Shown here: piece by piece, positions 42,195-54,848 of the stretch | Layout of the letters: the number at the start of each line of letters is the position of its first letter | Position numbering within the stretch: the first letter of the stretch is position 1 | Assembly (NCBI GenBank): GCA_008632985.1 | Contig: QPGO01000149.1 | Span: 124,001-185,940 of the forward strand | Direction of reading: 5' to 3' | DNA length: 61,940 nt | Origin: Psammoneis japonica | Taxonomy: Eukaryota | Notes under the pieces: generated by a model | Database searches by the model: none | Told to the model about the DNA's origin: nothing | What the model saw: only the letters and a program-made list of their open reading frames with translations | Translations under genes and position numbers: made by a program

Positions 42195-43754
42195 TCAAAG
42201 TTTTAAGATAGACTTCAGCGTTTCTACCTGATCTTGAAGCAGCCTATCATCATCCGTGAACTCAGAACGACCGAAATCAATAATCTTGGCGCGTTTCGGA
42301 TCCTCACTGCTCTGTACAATGTTTCGGAGATCCAGATCGTTGTGCACAAGACCAGCTCCACTCAAAAGACGTAAACTTTCTAATGCCGATACTCGAAGCT
42401 CAAGAGAAATGTTTTCGAGACCAATGTCCTCGAAACTAGGGCCTTCCTTTCCCAAGCACAACAAAGGAACTCCGAGATGGGTGCTGAATCCATAGAACTT
42501 AGCAATGGCGTCCTTTACATTGGAGTTCTGAGACAGCTTCTGGTATGCTGACGCCTCGTTTGTCATTTCTTCGGCAACATGTTCTGCCCGAGTATTGTAC
42601 TGCATTTTGATAAGGACAGAAGGGTTTTTGTTGCTGGAAAGAAGCTTGACATTGTCATTGTAATCGACAAGTTCACAGTCCCACATATAGACACGAGAAG
42701 CGAATCCAATCGCGTCTTCAGAGCAGGCCGATGTTGCTCCTGTCTCACTCTTTCCATCGTCAAGTTTCTTTCTGCTTTTATTTGGGAGACTGTTCTTATG
42801 TGTCGATTCTGGTGGGTCTCTTGTTTTCTTCTTCCGGTCTTTGTCGGGACTTTCTTCCAGACGACGGGCTTTTACAGCGGAAGCAGGGTGGCAAGGGGTC
42901 TCCTCTAGTTTGAAGTCACGAAACTCTATAATGGTCTTGATTGCCTGAAGCACTGATGGCGAGGTTTCTTCCTTCCGAAACGGGCGAGAGATCTTGAGCG
43001 TACCATTAGAATCGCGGCAGCAAAACCACCAAACTTCGTACAGATTGATCACGCCGTACCTAAGCCTCGAAGAAAGCATTTGACCGTAGACTTGACGAAT
43101 CAAGTGAAAAACTTTCTTTTTTCCTTTTGTCCACTCTTTTGGAAGAGGAGATTTGCTCTCCATATTTTCAGCCGTGAAGCCATTAGGATATTGAAATAGA
43201 GTTGTTAGCACTCTCGTACCGTCGCCGCGTAGGAGAAAGCGGAATTTCCAGAAAGGCTTGGTTTCGAAAGTACATAAGGGAACGGTGTTTTCAATGACAT
43301 GTCTCGACACTGCCTGGCGGCTCACTGGAGATTTATACTCAGACGGAGCAGATATTATCTCTTGCCCTTCTCGTCGTAGCGCAACCAAGTCTGGCTGTGA
43401 CAACGTGTATACATCGTTTTTCACAATGTCAAAGTCAGCCTGTACTATTCGAAATACCTTGAGTAACGCCCGTGTATTGTCTGTCACATCTTCTTCTCTC
43501 TCGACATAATCAAGCCCAGTTTGAAGGATGCTTGCACCAACATTGGTGTCAATTATGCGGGTGTTCTCGGGTCGTTGTGATGCCTCTTGAATCTTGGTTG
43601 GAAACTCGGGCCACTCTTCAACAGAGATGGGAGTGTGGGAATGAGCAGCCCACGTCGTTGATCCCTTTCCTTGCCTCTGTAATGAGCCATGTAAGTAAGT
43701 TAGATTCGGCAGTGCAACGTTAATATGGTCCCATACGCTTTGACGAGACGCCAT
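42195..43754 (-). CDS. Restriction-endonuclease-like domain fused to a protein-kinase-like domain (Crinkler-type REase+kinase architecture)
   Basis: 519 aa. QPDLV..CTFETK..IRQVYGQM..LRYGVI..WWF, then VLIKM..NEASAY..LVHNDLDLRNIV..KIIDFGRS. Confidence 0.78.
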   Translation of the reverse strand: MASRQSVWDHINVALPNLTYLHGSLQRQGKGSTTWAAHSHTPISVEEWPEFPTKIQEASQRPENTRIIDTNVGASILQTGLDYVEREEDVTDNTRALLKVFRIVQADFDIVKNDVYTLSQPDLVALRREGQEIISAPSEYKSPVSRQAVSRHVIENTVPLCTFETKPFWKFRFLLRGDGTRVLTTLFQYPNGFTAENMESKSPLPKEWTKGKKKVFHLIRQVYGQMLSSRLRYGVINLYEVWWFCCRDSNGTLKISRPFRKEETSPSVLQAIKTIIEFRDFKLEETPCHPASAVKARRLEESPDKDRKKKTRDPPESTHKNSLPNKSRKKLDDGKSETGATSACSEDAIGFASRVYMWDCELVDYNDNVKLLSSNKNPSVLIKMQYNTRAEHVAEEMTNEASAYQKLSQNSNVKDAIAKFYGFSTHLGVPLLCLGKEGPSFEDIGLENISLELRVSALESLRLLSGAGLVHNDLDLRNIVQSSEDPKRAKIIDFGRSEFTDDDRLLQDQVETLKSILKL

Positions 43755-44288
43755 GGCTTCACCGTCACTGTCGCGTACTTTTAGGTGAAAGCAAGACGAT
43801 TTGATTTGATTTTTCAGGATCGATTTTCTATCGGACCCCGCCAGAAGTTATCCGTACAAATGCCATGATGCCATATGGCATTTCTTTCTACGCCGGACCT
43901 GGTACTGATTCTACGGAATGCCATAAAGCGCGTGAAAAAGGCGTGCCGGCGTTGATGATTCGTGTGAATGAGATAGGCACATGTACTTTATGACCGAGTG
44001 TGCCCTCTCTGATGTATGTATGTTAACTAACGTATTTTAGATATACCGGGAACCGTTAGGTTTGCCCCACATCAGCGATGATGGGGTCTCTCCTCGGTTC
44101 TCGCACAACTTTTATCAAGTCATCTCAAGCTAGATCTTGCACTGCAATTGCAGTTGTTGTCATGGCTTGTTCATTGCATCATCTGTTTTATGACAACGCG
44201 AAGAGTGTTGTCGAGAAGAGAGAAAATTTGTTTGCGAGCTCGTGCAGAAAATTTCATTCAAAATCGATCAGAAGCGCAGCGCAACTTT

Positions 44289-44564
44289 TGACAGGATTTG
44301 AACAGGATTTGGGTGCGCGCGAAATGTCACGCACTGTTTAGTTTACCGTGCACAGTTTTGTGTGCTTTAGTTCCGCGCGTTCGCGCGCGATGCAGTTTGC
44401 TTTCGAGCCACAAGGCTCACAAGAACAATGACAGCAGCCCGATTGTGCCGACTCACACGTCTTTCGGCTCCTGTGACGGTCTCTGAGCGGAGACTCATCT
44501 GCTGTTTAGACAGCAGTGAGGAGTTGTTGTTTGAATTCTTGCCATTTGCCGTCAATTTCTGTCA
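44289..44564 (+). repeat. Copia 5' LTR
   Basis: Direct repeat of 51016-51291. Confidence 0.95.
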
Positions 44565-45500
44565 GATCAACAGTCTTGCTCATTGTCAACCCATTGAGCA
44601 ACCGCCATCGTCGTCGTTGATTTGCCGACGACGCTGTTTCAATTCTGCGTGGATCTCCGCATGTGTTCTACATGCATCGGCAAGTCCATGCGCATTCAAC
44701 ACCAGGCACTGGCAGGAAGTTAACGTCACCGTCAAGTCTCCTCACCACTGGATGTCTGGATTGACCACACTGCCTTTCATCGCTGAAGACATGCGTTCAA
44801 CGGTCACACCCAAGTCTGTCCTTGATCCTCATCCCTTGATTTGCCCATTCAACGGTTAACGGTCAAGAACCCTGCATGTTCAAGGATCTTCGTCGCTGAA
44901 GACATGTGTGTGTGCACATCTTCATGGCCAAGGACTTGCACCCACTCTTTGGACTGCGGCTTTGCTGCCACTCTGCAAGCACGCCGAGTCCACTGCACCT
45001 GATCTAGCCTGGACTGCTGGTGCTCCACAGTTCTGCTGGGTCCACGAGGACGACTGTGAGAGCAAGCAGCCGTGATTGCAGCCTGCGTTGGGGTGAGGGT
45101 GTTTTCCCGTGTTTGTTCGTTTGTCCACAGTGCCCAACGCCTGCGTCAACTGGCCAGCCTGATCGGGAAATCCAACCGACATGTGATGGGAATGGTTCAG
45201 GGGTCTTGTCCACCTCTGGTCAGCTTGCCTGCAGGGGTTTACAACCCGCTGCTCTGCTCGCAAGCAACCCAAAGCGCCACCAGCTGCGGGTTCGGACGTG
45301 CCGGCACAACTCTGCGGACCGGATGGGAAGTTTAGCACTCAACAACGAACGGGATGGCACAGCCCGGCGTCTTCTGATTTTAAGGCAGTTCAAGATTTCA
45401 AGTCAAGTCCATTTCAAGTCAAGTCCATTCTCACCCAAGTTTCAAGTCCACCTTCGCTTCCCAACAAGAATTGCTTGTCCTGGCACCACTTTTGTCTGCC

Positions 45501-48500
45501 ATGGTTCTCACTCATCAGCAACAAACCGATGGTTTCGAGCACATTGTTGGAACCGTGCTTGCCCAAGGTGCTGGGAGCCCTCTTCGTTTGGCTTTGACCC
45601 AAGACAGCACGGACTCGCATCAAGAAATGTTCACGTTCATGCCGTCCCAAATCGACTCGCTTGAGTGCGACAATGGCACTGATGTGATCCCTTTGCCCCG
45701 CGGTTGTAAGAACATGTTAGCAGCTCTGACCAGTCTGTGCGTTGTCAAAGCACACAAAGGTCTTGACGTTGCCAATGACTTCTCGTTGTTCACGCATGAC
45801 GAGTTCCTTGCCTGCTGCCTCAGCCCCGACTGCATGTCTTCTGTGTCCATCGGCAGTTCGCCCCTTGCACCTCCGCATGTCACCAACCCGACCAAGGCAC
45901 GCGACCCGGTGCGAGACTTCAAGTGAGGCATCAAGCGTGACCCCACCGCTTTCACGGCTCTCAAATCCAACAAGCAGTGGCACACTTGGCACACCTCACT
46001 TGTGGCACAAGCCCGTGCCCAAGACGTCGAGTGCATTCTAGACTCGTCGTACAAACCGACCAGCCCCGAAGACAAACTGCTCTTTGCTGAACAGCAAAAG
46101 TGCATGTTCGCCGTCTTCGAACGCATCCTTCTCACCGACAAGGGCAAGGCTCTCATTTGCGAAAATGTGGGGTCTTCTGATGCCCAGACCGTCTGCCGTG
46201 CCTTGTCTGAGCATGCGCTCGCCTCCACCTGCGCATCTGTCGAGTCCTCCACCTTGCTCACGCACCTTGCCACCGCACGTCTTGGTGATGGCACTTGGAA
46301 AGGTCCAACCCATGGGTTCATCCTTCATTGGCAAGATCAGTTGCGCAAGTGCAAGGCACTCATCCCGGCCACTGACCACTTCTCTGAAGGACAGAAGTGC
46401 GTCATGCTCGAGAATGCCGCACATCCTGTCGAGGAACTCCGTGCTGTCAAGAACCAAGCTGATCAGCATCGCACACAGAGTGGCAAGAGCCTCACATGCG
46501 ATCAACACTGTGGCTCACTCCTCTCCGCGGTGGCTCAATGCAACAGCACGTTTCAACCCAAGATGACACCTCAAGCTCCCCGACGTGCCACACACGCACA
46601 CGACGTCTGCTCCGAGGAACCGTCCGATGATGTGTTCTGTGACATTGACAGCGACATTGACGTCCTTCAGGCTGATGCTGCCTGCACCCGTGGTCCCAGC
46701 CTCACCGGTGACCAATGGAAACGTCTCCCTCCCGACCACCAACGGATTTGGGATTCGTCGCCCCATTCCTCCAAGGCGATCATCCTTGAGCATTCTCGTC
46801 CGCCTCCCCGCAACCCGCGAGCCAGCAACTGCCATGAGTCCGTTGCGGCCAACCTTCACGACCAACGCCTTGGGAGTGACGGTGCTGTCAACTTGTCCAA
46901 CACGACTCCTGCTGACTCTGGTGACCCCACTCCAAATGTGGGTGCCACTTCGGATGATCCCATCCTGGCGCACCTCACCAAGCGCAAGCCACTGCCACCC
47001 GGTGATCTGCAACGTCTGTTGTCTCCTAACCAAGCCCCCAACGCCAGTCGACCGGGGCCATCCGCCGCTCCCTCTGCCTCGCCAGCTCCTGCCGATGACA
47101 TGGAACTTGACGGCCGCACTTGCCGCCGCGTCAATGACCACAATGTCATTTGCTCTGCCTCTGCTCATCGCTCCACACGCACTGGTGCTCTGGTTGATCG
47201 TGGGGCCAACGGCGGCATTGCTGGCGACGACGTTCGCGTCATTGCACGCACCTCTCGCCAAGTCGACGTTCAGGGCATTGACGACCATCAATTGGTGGAC
47301 ATCCCTGTTGTCACCGCTGGTGCCGTCATTGAGACCCAGCGTGGTCCCGTCATCGCCATCCTCCATCAGCACGCATGCACGGGAAAGGGCAAGACCATTC
47401 ATTCCTGCGGCCAGCTCGAATGGCACAAACAGGATGTCAACGATCGCTCTGTCAAGGTGCCCAACGGCTTGCAATGCATTGCCACTCCTGATGGCTGTGT
47501 CATCCCCATTGACATCAAGGGTGGCCTGCCTCATGTTGCTGTGCGACCTTGCACTGACGCCGAATGGGACACCCTGCCCCATGTCATCCTCACCGGTGAT
47601 GACACATGGGATCCTTCCGTCCTCGATCACTCTGTCACTGATGACGACCAGTGGTGCGACGCGATCTCTGACCCACAGGACGATCCCACTGCCAACCTGT
47701 TTGACGAATGCGGCAACTGCCGTCATCATGTCGTTGTCAACAAGACCATCATGTCCGCTTCCTTGTCTGCCGATCACGCGTCCGCCCTCGATGATCACCT
47801 CATTCCGAACGACGACGTGTTCCACGAGTGTCATCTGCACGCGATTGACCCCAAGGACGACGACGTTCCGCCCCCGGAGCGCACTGTGCAGCCCAAGGAC
47901 CCCCCCTTCGAGTCTCTTCGGCCTTGCTTTGGCTTCCCACCTGCCGACACGGTCCGTCGTACTTTTGACTGCACCGCGCAGTGCGCCCGCATGCCCGCCG
48001 GCACACACCTTAGGAAGGCCCACAAATCACCCAACCCCGCCCTTAATGTGCACCGCCGCAACGAGCCCATCGCCACTGACACCGTTCACGCCGACACCCC
48101 GGCCGTCGACTCTGGTTGCACCAGCGCCCAACTGTTTGTTGGCACCGAGTCTGCTGTCACTGACGTCTGCGGCACCAAGACGGACAAGGAGTTTGTCAAC
48201 ACACTTGAGGATCAGATCCGTGAGCGTGGTGCCCCATCCAAACTCATTGGCGACCATGCTCAAGTTGAGATCAGCAACAAGGTGCTCGGGATCCTGCGAG
48301 CCCTCTTCATCTCCAGCTGGCAAAGTGAGCCTCACCAGCAACACCAAAACTTTGCCGAGCATTGACACCAGACCGTGAAGCACATGGCGAACACTGTCAT
48401 GGATCGTTTCGGTTCACCTGCCCACACATGGCTGCTGGTGCTCATGCACGTGTGCTTCACACTCAACCATGCAGCGTCCCCACGTCTCCACTGGCGCACG

Positions 48501-51015
48501 CCCCTCGAGACTCTCACTGGCTCCACCCCAGACATCAGCCCATTGCTTCACTTTCACTGGTGGGAACCCGTGTGCTTCCACCTCGATGACTCCGATTGGC
48601 CGTCCGAATCCCGTGAGTTGCGTGGACGCTTTGTTGGCATTGCTGAGCACGTCGGCCACCAGATGACCTTCAAGATTCTCTCTGACGAGACTCAGAAGAT
48701 CCGCCATGACGACAACCCCGTCGATTCTCCTGATGGGGAGATCAGGACACCCAAGATGCCCGTTTTCGATCCGCAAGACATCATCGGACGCACCTTCCTC
48801 ATGCAGCCACAAGAGGACGGACAACGCCACAGAGCTCGCATCGTCAAGGCCGTCAAAGACCACGAATGGAAAGTGAACGGCAATCCCGAGCTCACTAAGT
48901 TCGTCTGCTCTGTCAACAACGACGAATGCGAGGAAGTCCTTGCCTGCAACGACATCATGAATCACATTGAGCAAGAAGGCGAAGACACTGCTGTTTGGAA
49001 ATTTCGACGCATTGTGTCACACGAAGGACCTCTGAAGCCTCATGACCCAACCTGGAAAGGCTCAAGCTACAACATTGTGCTTGAATGGGAAAGTGGGGAG
49101 ATCACGTCCAAGCCTCTTGCCATCATCGCCAAGGACGATCCCATCACCTGCGCCATCTGTGCACGAGAGAACGGACTTCTCGACACTGATGGCTGGAAGC
49201 AGTTCCGCACCATCGCGAGGCGCCAGAAGAAGCCATTCTGCATGGCCAACCAAGCCAAGCTTCGCTCCTTCTGCACTGCACCTCGCTGCAAGTGCGGGTG
49301 CGAAGTTCCCCGGAACTACAAACACGCCATGTCACCAGACGAATGCAACAGCAACCGCAAATGGGGAGACGCAACTAATCTCGAGATGGACCAACTAGAG
49401 GAATGTGAAGTCTTCCATGACTGTGGGCCCTTCGAGTCTTCCACTCCTCCTGCGGGACACAAGAAGATCCGAGTGCACCCAGCGCACGACGTGAAACACG
49501 ACGGTCACCACAAGGCACGACTCGTGGCCGATGGGCACCTCACGGACGCACCCATCAACAGTGTCCACTCCGGAGCAGTCTCCCTCCGTGGCCTTCGGCT
49601 GATGATTTTCCTGGCCGAACTCAACGAGTTGGAGACATGGGCCACCGACATTGGCAATGCCTGCCTTGAAGCCACCACCAAGGAGAAGCTCTACATTGTA
49701 GCCGGACCCGAATTTGGCAAACTCGAAGGACACATCCTTGTCATCCACAAGGCCCTGCATGGACTGCGCAGCTCCGGTCTCCGCTGGCACGAGCGCTTCG
49801 CCGACTGCCTGCGAGCTGAAGGCTTCTTCCCCTGCCGCGCCGAACCCGACATTTGGATGCGCAGGAACGGCAACCACTGTGAATGCATTGCCGTTTATGT
49901 GGATGACCTCGCCATTGCCATGAAGGACCCTCAATCTTTCGTCGACACTCTCACAGAAAAGCACAAGTTCAAGCTCAAGGGTGCGGGACCCATTGAGTTC
50001 CATCTGGGCTGCGACTTTTCCCGGGATCCCGACGGCACCTTGTGCCTGTCTCCGTGCAAGTGCATTGAGCGCATGGTCGACAGCTGCACCCAACTGTTTG
50101 GGGAGAAACCTGCCACCAACGCCCTGTCACCTCTGGAGAAGGGTGACCACCCCGAACTGGACACTTCCGAACTGCTGGGGCCCGATGGCATTCACAAGTT
50201 CCAGTCTCTTGTTGGTTCACTCCAATGGGCAGTGTCCCTTGGTCGAATTGACATTGCCACGGCCGTCATGTCACTCTCTAGCTTCCGAGCTGCGCCCCGT
50301 CAAGGCCACTTGGATCATGCCAAACGCGTCTGTGGGCACCTCTCCAAGATGCGACACGGCGCTCTCCGCATTTGCACGGAAGAGCCCGACTGTTCGGATC
50401 TCCCTGCTCCGGCCCATGAATGGATGCATTCCGTGTACGGCGAAGCAGAAGAGATGATCCGGAAGGACGCTCCACCACCCCTTGGCAAGTTCGTCACTGC
50501 CACCCACTATGTTGATGCAAACTTGCACCATTGCATGCTCACCGGACGCTCTGTCATGGGAATGCTCCACTTCCTCAACAAATTCCCGGCTGATTGGTTC
50601 TCTAAGAAACAAGCCACCGTGGAGACTGCGACCTGCGGGTCTGAATTTGTTGCCGCAAGGACTTGTGTCGAGCAGATTGTCAACCTGCGCATCACCCTGC
50701 GCCACCTTGGCGTCCCGATCCGCAATGTCAGTTGCATGTTCGGTGACAACAAGTCGGTTGTAGACAGTGCCACCATCCTGCACTCCAAGTTACACAAGCG
50801 ACACACCGCACTGTCGTTCCACCGTGTGCATGAGGCAATTGCCTCTGGTTGCCTTGAGCTCCACTTCATCGAAGGCTCCCGCAACCCTGCTGACATTCTC
50901 AGCAAGCATTGGGGTCACTCCCAAGTCTGGGACCTTCTCCGCCCCCTCATGTTCTGGAACTTCATTCCATCCAAAGTCGAATCTGTTTCTGTGGCTCCTC
51001 AAGCAAACTGGGGAG
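45501..51015 (+). pseudogene. Copia polyprotein with in-frame TGA at 45924 and 48363
   Basis: DFK*GIKRD; LVDRGANGG protease; IATDT..GDHAQVE..SEPHQQHQNFAE integrase; KARLVADG, DIGNA, YVDD RT; YVDA, GSEFVA, GDNKSV, NPADILSK RNase H. Confidence 0.93.
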
Positions 51016-51291
51016 TGACAGGATTTGAACAGGATTTGGGTGCGCGCAAAATGTCGCGCGCTGTTTAGTTTGCCGCGCACAGTTTTGTGTGCTTCAGTTC
51101 CGCGCGTTCGCGCGCGATGCAGTTTGCTTTCGAGCCACAAGGCTCACAAGAATGACAACAGCAGCCTGATCGTGCCGACTTACACGTCTTTTGGCTCCTG
51201 CAACGGTCTCTGAGCGGAGACTCATCTGCCATTTAGACAGCAGCAAGGAGTTGTTGTTTGAATTCTTGCCATTTGCCATCAATTTCTGTCA
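51016..51291 (+). repeat. Copia 3' LTR
   Basis: Direct repeat of 44289-44564. Confidence 0.95.
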
Positions 51292-51474
51292 ACTTTACTC
51301 GTGAAATTGGCGATGCGGAGCAGCGTTTTTTTGAACTCAAAGCACGTGTTGCTGCCATTGAATTTGTTCTTGTTTGGTCATTGGTTGTTCTTGTTGTGTG
51401 GATCAAATGGGAACGCCTTGTTTCGTTTGTCTTGTGGGTTGTTGATCATTTGATCGCTGAAATTGTTCATCGCC

Positions 51475-54400
51475 ATGTGTCAAGAAGCCTTGGAGAAAGC
51501 GTGCATTGAATGTAAGACCAAATTCGTAGATTCAGAATTGCAGGAAGTGAAGCTCACTCAAACCTTTGATGATGGCACTAAACTTTCGAAAATGTGTCCT
51601 GTTTTCACAGGAGAGCATGGAATTGAATCATTGTTGCACGTGGAGGATGGGTTCCGGAAGGTGGCAAGACAGCTCGACTACGATGCTGGAACAGAATTGT
51701 TTGATGCTTTCGAGGATTGTCTCCAAGGCACTGCAGAGACCAAATGGCAGAATGTTGCCGCGGGTGTCCAACAGAATCAACGAACGGCAGCTCGATTCAA
51801 TCAGGCTGTCTCGGCTTGCTGTTTGCGCTGCGTAAAACCGACAGCTCGCGACACGATGAAGATGCATTTGCCTGCTTGCAAAAAGCCTCATTCAGTGGAA
51901 TTGGAAACTCACATTCATCATGTGGAAACCTTGTTTCGTTGTGCCAACCATTTGCCTGGAACCGTTCCTGAACTTGCAGAGCAGGAGCAGAAGAACATCA
52001 TCTTTTGCACCTTTCCTTTGACCTGGCAACAGTCCCACATTCGTGCGGGCAAGAACCTTGTTGCGGATTTGATGGTGGATGTCCAAGCCCACATGAGCAA
52101 CGAGAAGGTGTTCGCCAGTGGTCAAGACAACAAGAAATGCAAGTCCAACAATGGCAACGGAGGGAACTCCAGTGACAAAAAGGGCAACCGAGACAAGAAG
52201 GATGACAAGGGCCAGCCGAAGGCGAGTGATCCGTGTCCGGTCCCGTGGCACCATGGAAGGCATGTGTGGGGCCAGTGTCATGACAATCCAAACAACCCCA
52301 ACTGTCGTGGGCCTCAAAACCGTGGCGGTCAAGGAGGAGGCCGTGGCGGTGGAGGTCGAGGCGGAGGTCGTTTCCAAGGAGGCCGTGGACAAGGCCGTGG
52401 AGGCGGTGGATGCTTTGGTGGTCGTGGCAACCAGAACCAAGGAGGTCGTGGTGCCTGTTGTGACAACAACAACAACAATGGACACCAGAACAACAATGGC
52501 AACCAAGGTGGTGGTCAACATTGTTGCAATGAAAACAACAACCGTGGAGGCCAAGGTCAGGCCGACAGATGTGCTGCTCAAGCAGACAATGTGAACAATG
52601 ACAACCAGGCTTGAGAAGCTCCTCGTGGTGATGTGCACCATTTCAATGTGATCGGACGAGGCCCTCCATGTTGTGGAGGTGTGGTGAGGTTTCAGCCAGA
52701 TGGGCAGTTTCCTTGGCAGTTCTGAAAAGAAGGAGCTGAATGCTCCGGAGCTGAATGCTCCCAATTGCCTGTGAGAGAAGCACTTGTTGATGAAAGTGAT
52801 TGTGCTCCACCTGAATGAAATGATGGATGTTTTGCTTTTGACTGCTTTGAAAATCCTGACAAATTGTTGCCTGTTGAATTTGAAAATGCTGCAGAAAATT
52901 ACATGAATGAAGAGGGGGATGTGTTTGATCAAGATGCATTTGAACACAACATTCCTCTCCCCAAAATGAACTCGCAAGTCTCGCGCACCGCGTTGGTCCC
53001 ATCTACACTGCTTGTTGCAAAATTGATCCAACAGCATGAGTCGAATCACGTGATGCGTGTTTTGTTTGACTGAGGTGGTTCTCACACTATGATCTTGTCT
53101 CAAGTTTTACCTCGAGGAGCTGTGCCATCCATTGACAAACATGGAGTCCAAGCTTTTCAAACCATTGCAGGTCCTTTCCAGTCTGGCCGTTGGGTGGCCT
53201 TGAGCAACATCGCATTGCCAGAATTCAACAAGACCAGGAGGATTGACGGCTGTGTGGCTCACGCATTCGATGCTCTGTGTGTGCATGATGTCATTTTGGG
53301 TTGAGATTTCTTGGACAAGATTGGTCTCAATTTGAACTGTGATGCGAGAACGCTGCATTGGCTAGACCGTGTGATCCCAATGAAGGAACCTCGTCATGGG
53401 TCCAAGTCCTGCAATTGGCACGTTGCTTTAGACCGAATGGATGAATTTGATGAAGATCACGAAGACGAGTCGGGCTACGGATGCGACGACAGATGTGACA
53501 CCCACATGCTTGATGCCAAGTACGAAGCGACGGATCCGGCGGAGGCAGTTCGGAATTTAGACCATCTCACGGAAGAACAAAAGAAGAAGCCACCAGCGGT
53601 GTTGGAAAAGCACTTGACTTTATTTGACGGGACGTTGGGCCACTGTCCTCATGAAAAGGTGCACCTTGAAGTGGATGAAAACGCTGTTCCTTGTCACTCA
53701 AAACCGTTTCCTGTTGCTCAAGTTAATGAAGAAGTGTTCAAGAAGGAATTGAAGCATCTGGTGAATCTTGGCGTGCTGCGACCATGTGGACCTGTGGAAT
53801 GGGCAGCTGGCACCTTCATTGCTCCAAAGAAAGATGGTCGAGTACGATGGGTGTCAGATTTTTGGGAGCTCAACAAGGTCCTCAAGCGGAAAGTGCATCC
53901 TCTGCCAGTCATTCAAGATGTGCTGCAGCGGAGAGCGGGCTACAAATTCTTCACGAAATTGGATCTCACCATGTTCTGCTGCAGTTTGGAATTGGATGAT
54001 GAAAGCAAGGAGCTCGCTACAATTGCAACTCCCTGCGGAAAGTTCCAGTGCTGTCGCATGGCTGTGGGATTGAAGCCAGCTCCAGACATTGCTCAGTCCA
54101 TTGTTGAAAAGATTCTTCATGGTTTGGATGTTGAAACTTGTGTTGATGATGTTGGCGCATTTGATGCTGACTTTGATTGCCATCTCTCTCGTCTTGACAA
54201 GGTGCTGCATCGTCTCGAGGAGAATGGTTTGAAAGCCAACCCATTGAAGTGCGAGTGGTGTGTTCAAGAAACCAATTTCCTGGGGCATTGGCTTGCTCCG
54301 ACTGGTGTTAAACCGTGGAAGAAAAAGGTCAAAGCGATTCCACGAATGCAACCCACACGGAACACCACTCAACTCCGATCGTTTCTCGGTGCAGTGACTC

Positions 54401-54848
54401 ACTGTCGCAACGTGTGGCCTCACCGTTCTCACCTGCTTGCACCTCTGACTGAATTGACAGGCAAGAGTCAGTTCCAATGGATGGAATCATGCCAGAAAGC
54501 GTTCAACGAGATGAAAGCAGCAATCACGATGGAAGCATTGATGGCCTGCCCTAACCACAACCTGCCATTCCATGTCTGCGCCAATGCATCAGACTGCCAG
54601 ATGGGCGCCGCTGTCATTCAAGATGGCAAACCGGCGGCGCATTGGTCTAAGAAGCTTTCGGCGGCTCAACGGAACCAGTCAACAATGGAAAAGGAACTCC
54701 TGGTCGTCATCATGTGCTTCAAGGAATTTTGCTCAATGACACTCGGTGCTGAAATCACTGTTCACACTGATCACAAAAATCTCACCTTTCGCACTTTGAA
54801 CACACAGCGCGTCCTTCGTTGGTGACTGTTCCTCAAAGATTTTGCGCA
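51475..54848 (+). pseudogene. Gypsy gag (RGG-rich tail), protease, RT, RNase H; multiple TGA stops
   Basis: CPVPWHHGRHVWGQC; LFD*GGSHT; DVILG*DFL; PKKDGRVRWVSDF; KLDL; CVDD; LRSFLG; EKELL; TDHKNL. Confidence 0.9.

Larger units (their letters stand above)
44289..51291 (+). mobile_element. Ty1/Copia (CoDi-like) LTR retrotransposon with both LTRs, inactivated
   Basis: 276-bp LTRs TGACAG..CTGTCA. Perfect 5-bp TSD ACTTT (44284-44288, 51292-51296). PPT GGGGAG. Domain order gag-PR-IN-RT-RH. Confidence 0.96.
44060..54848 (+). mobile_element. Truncated Ty3/Gypsy element (host of the Copia insertion); no integrase or 3' LTR
   Basis: TA-poor sequence on both sides of the Copia TSD, followed by gag-PR-RT-RH that breaks off after RVLRW*LFLKDFA. 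Left boundary uncertain. Confidence 0.75.

Noticed and set aside
43868..43881. 14-bp palindrome ATGCCATATGGCAT
   Set aside because: Single short palindrome with no supporting context.
46515..48378. Long alternative-frame ORFs (502 and 597 aa) as overlapping genes
   Set aside because: Explained by loss of TAA/TAG; no recognisable domains.
34827..51291. ADAR- or APOBEC-like editing of retroelement intermediates
   Set aside because: T->C and A->G occur together in the same copy. Sister LTRs differ, and TSDs and flanks outside the element are altered.
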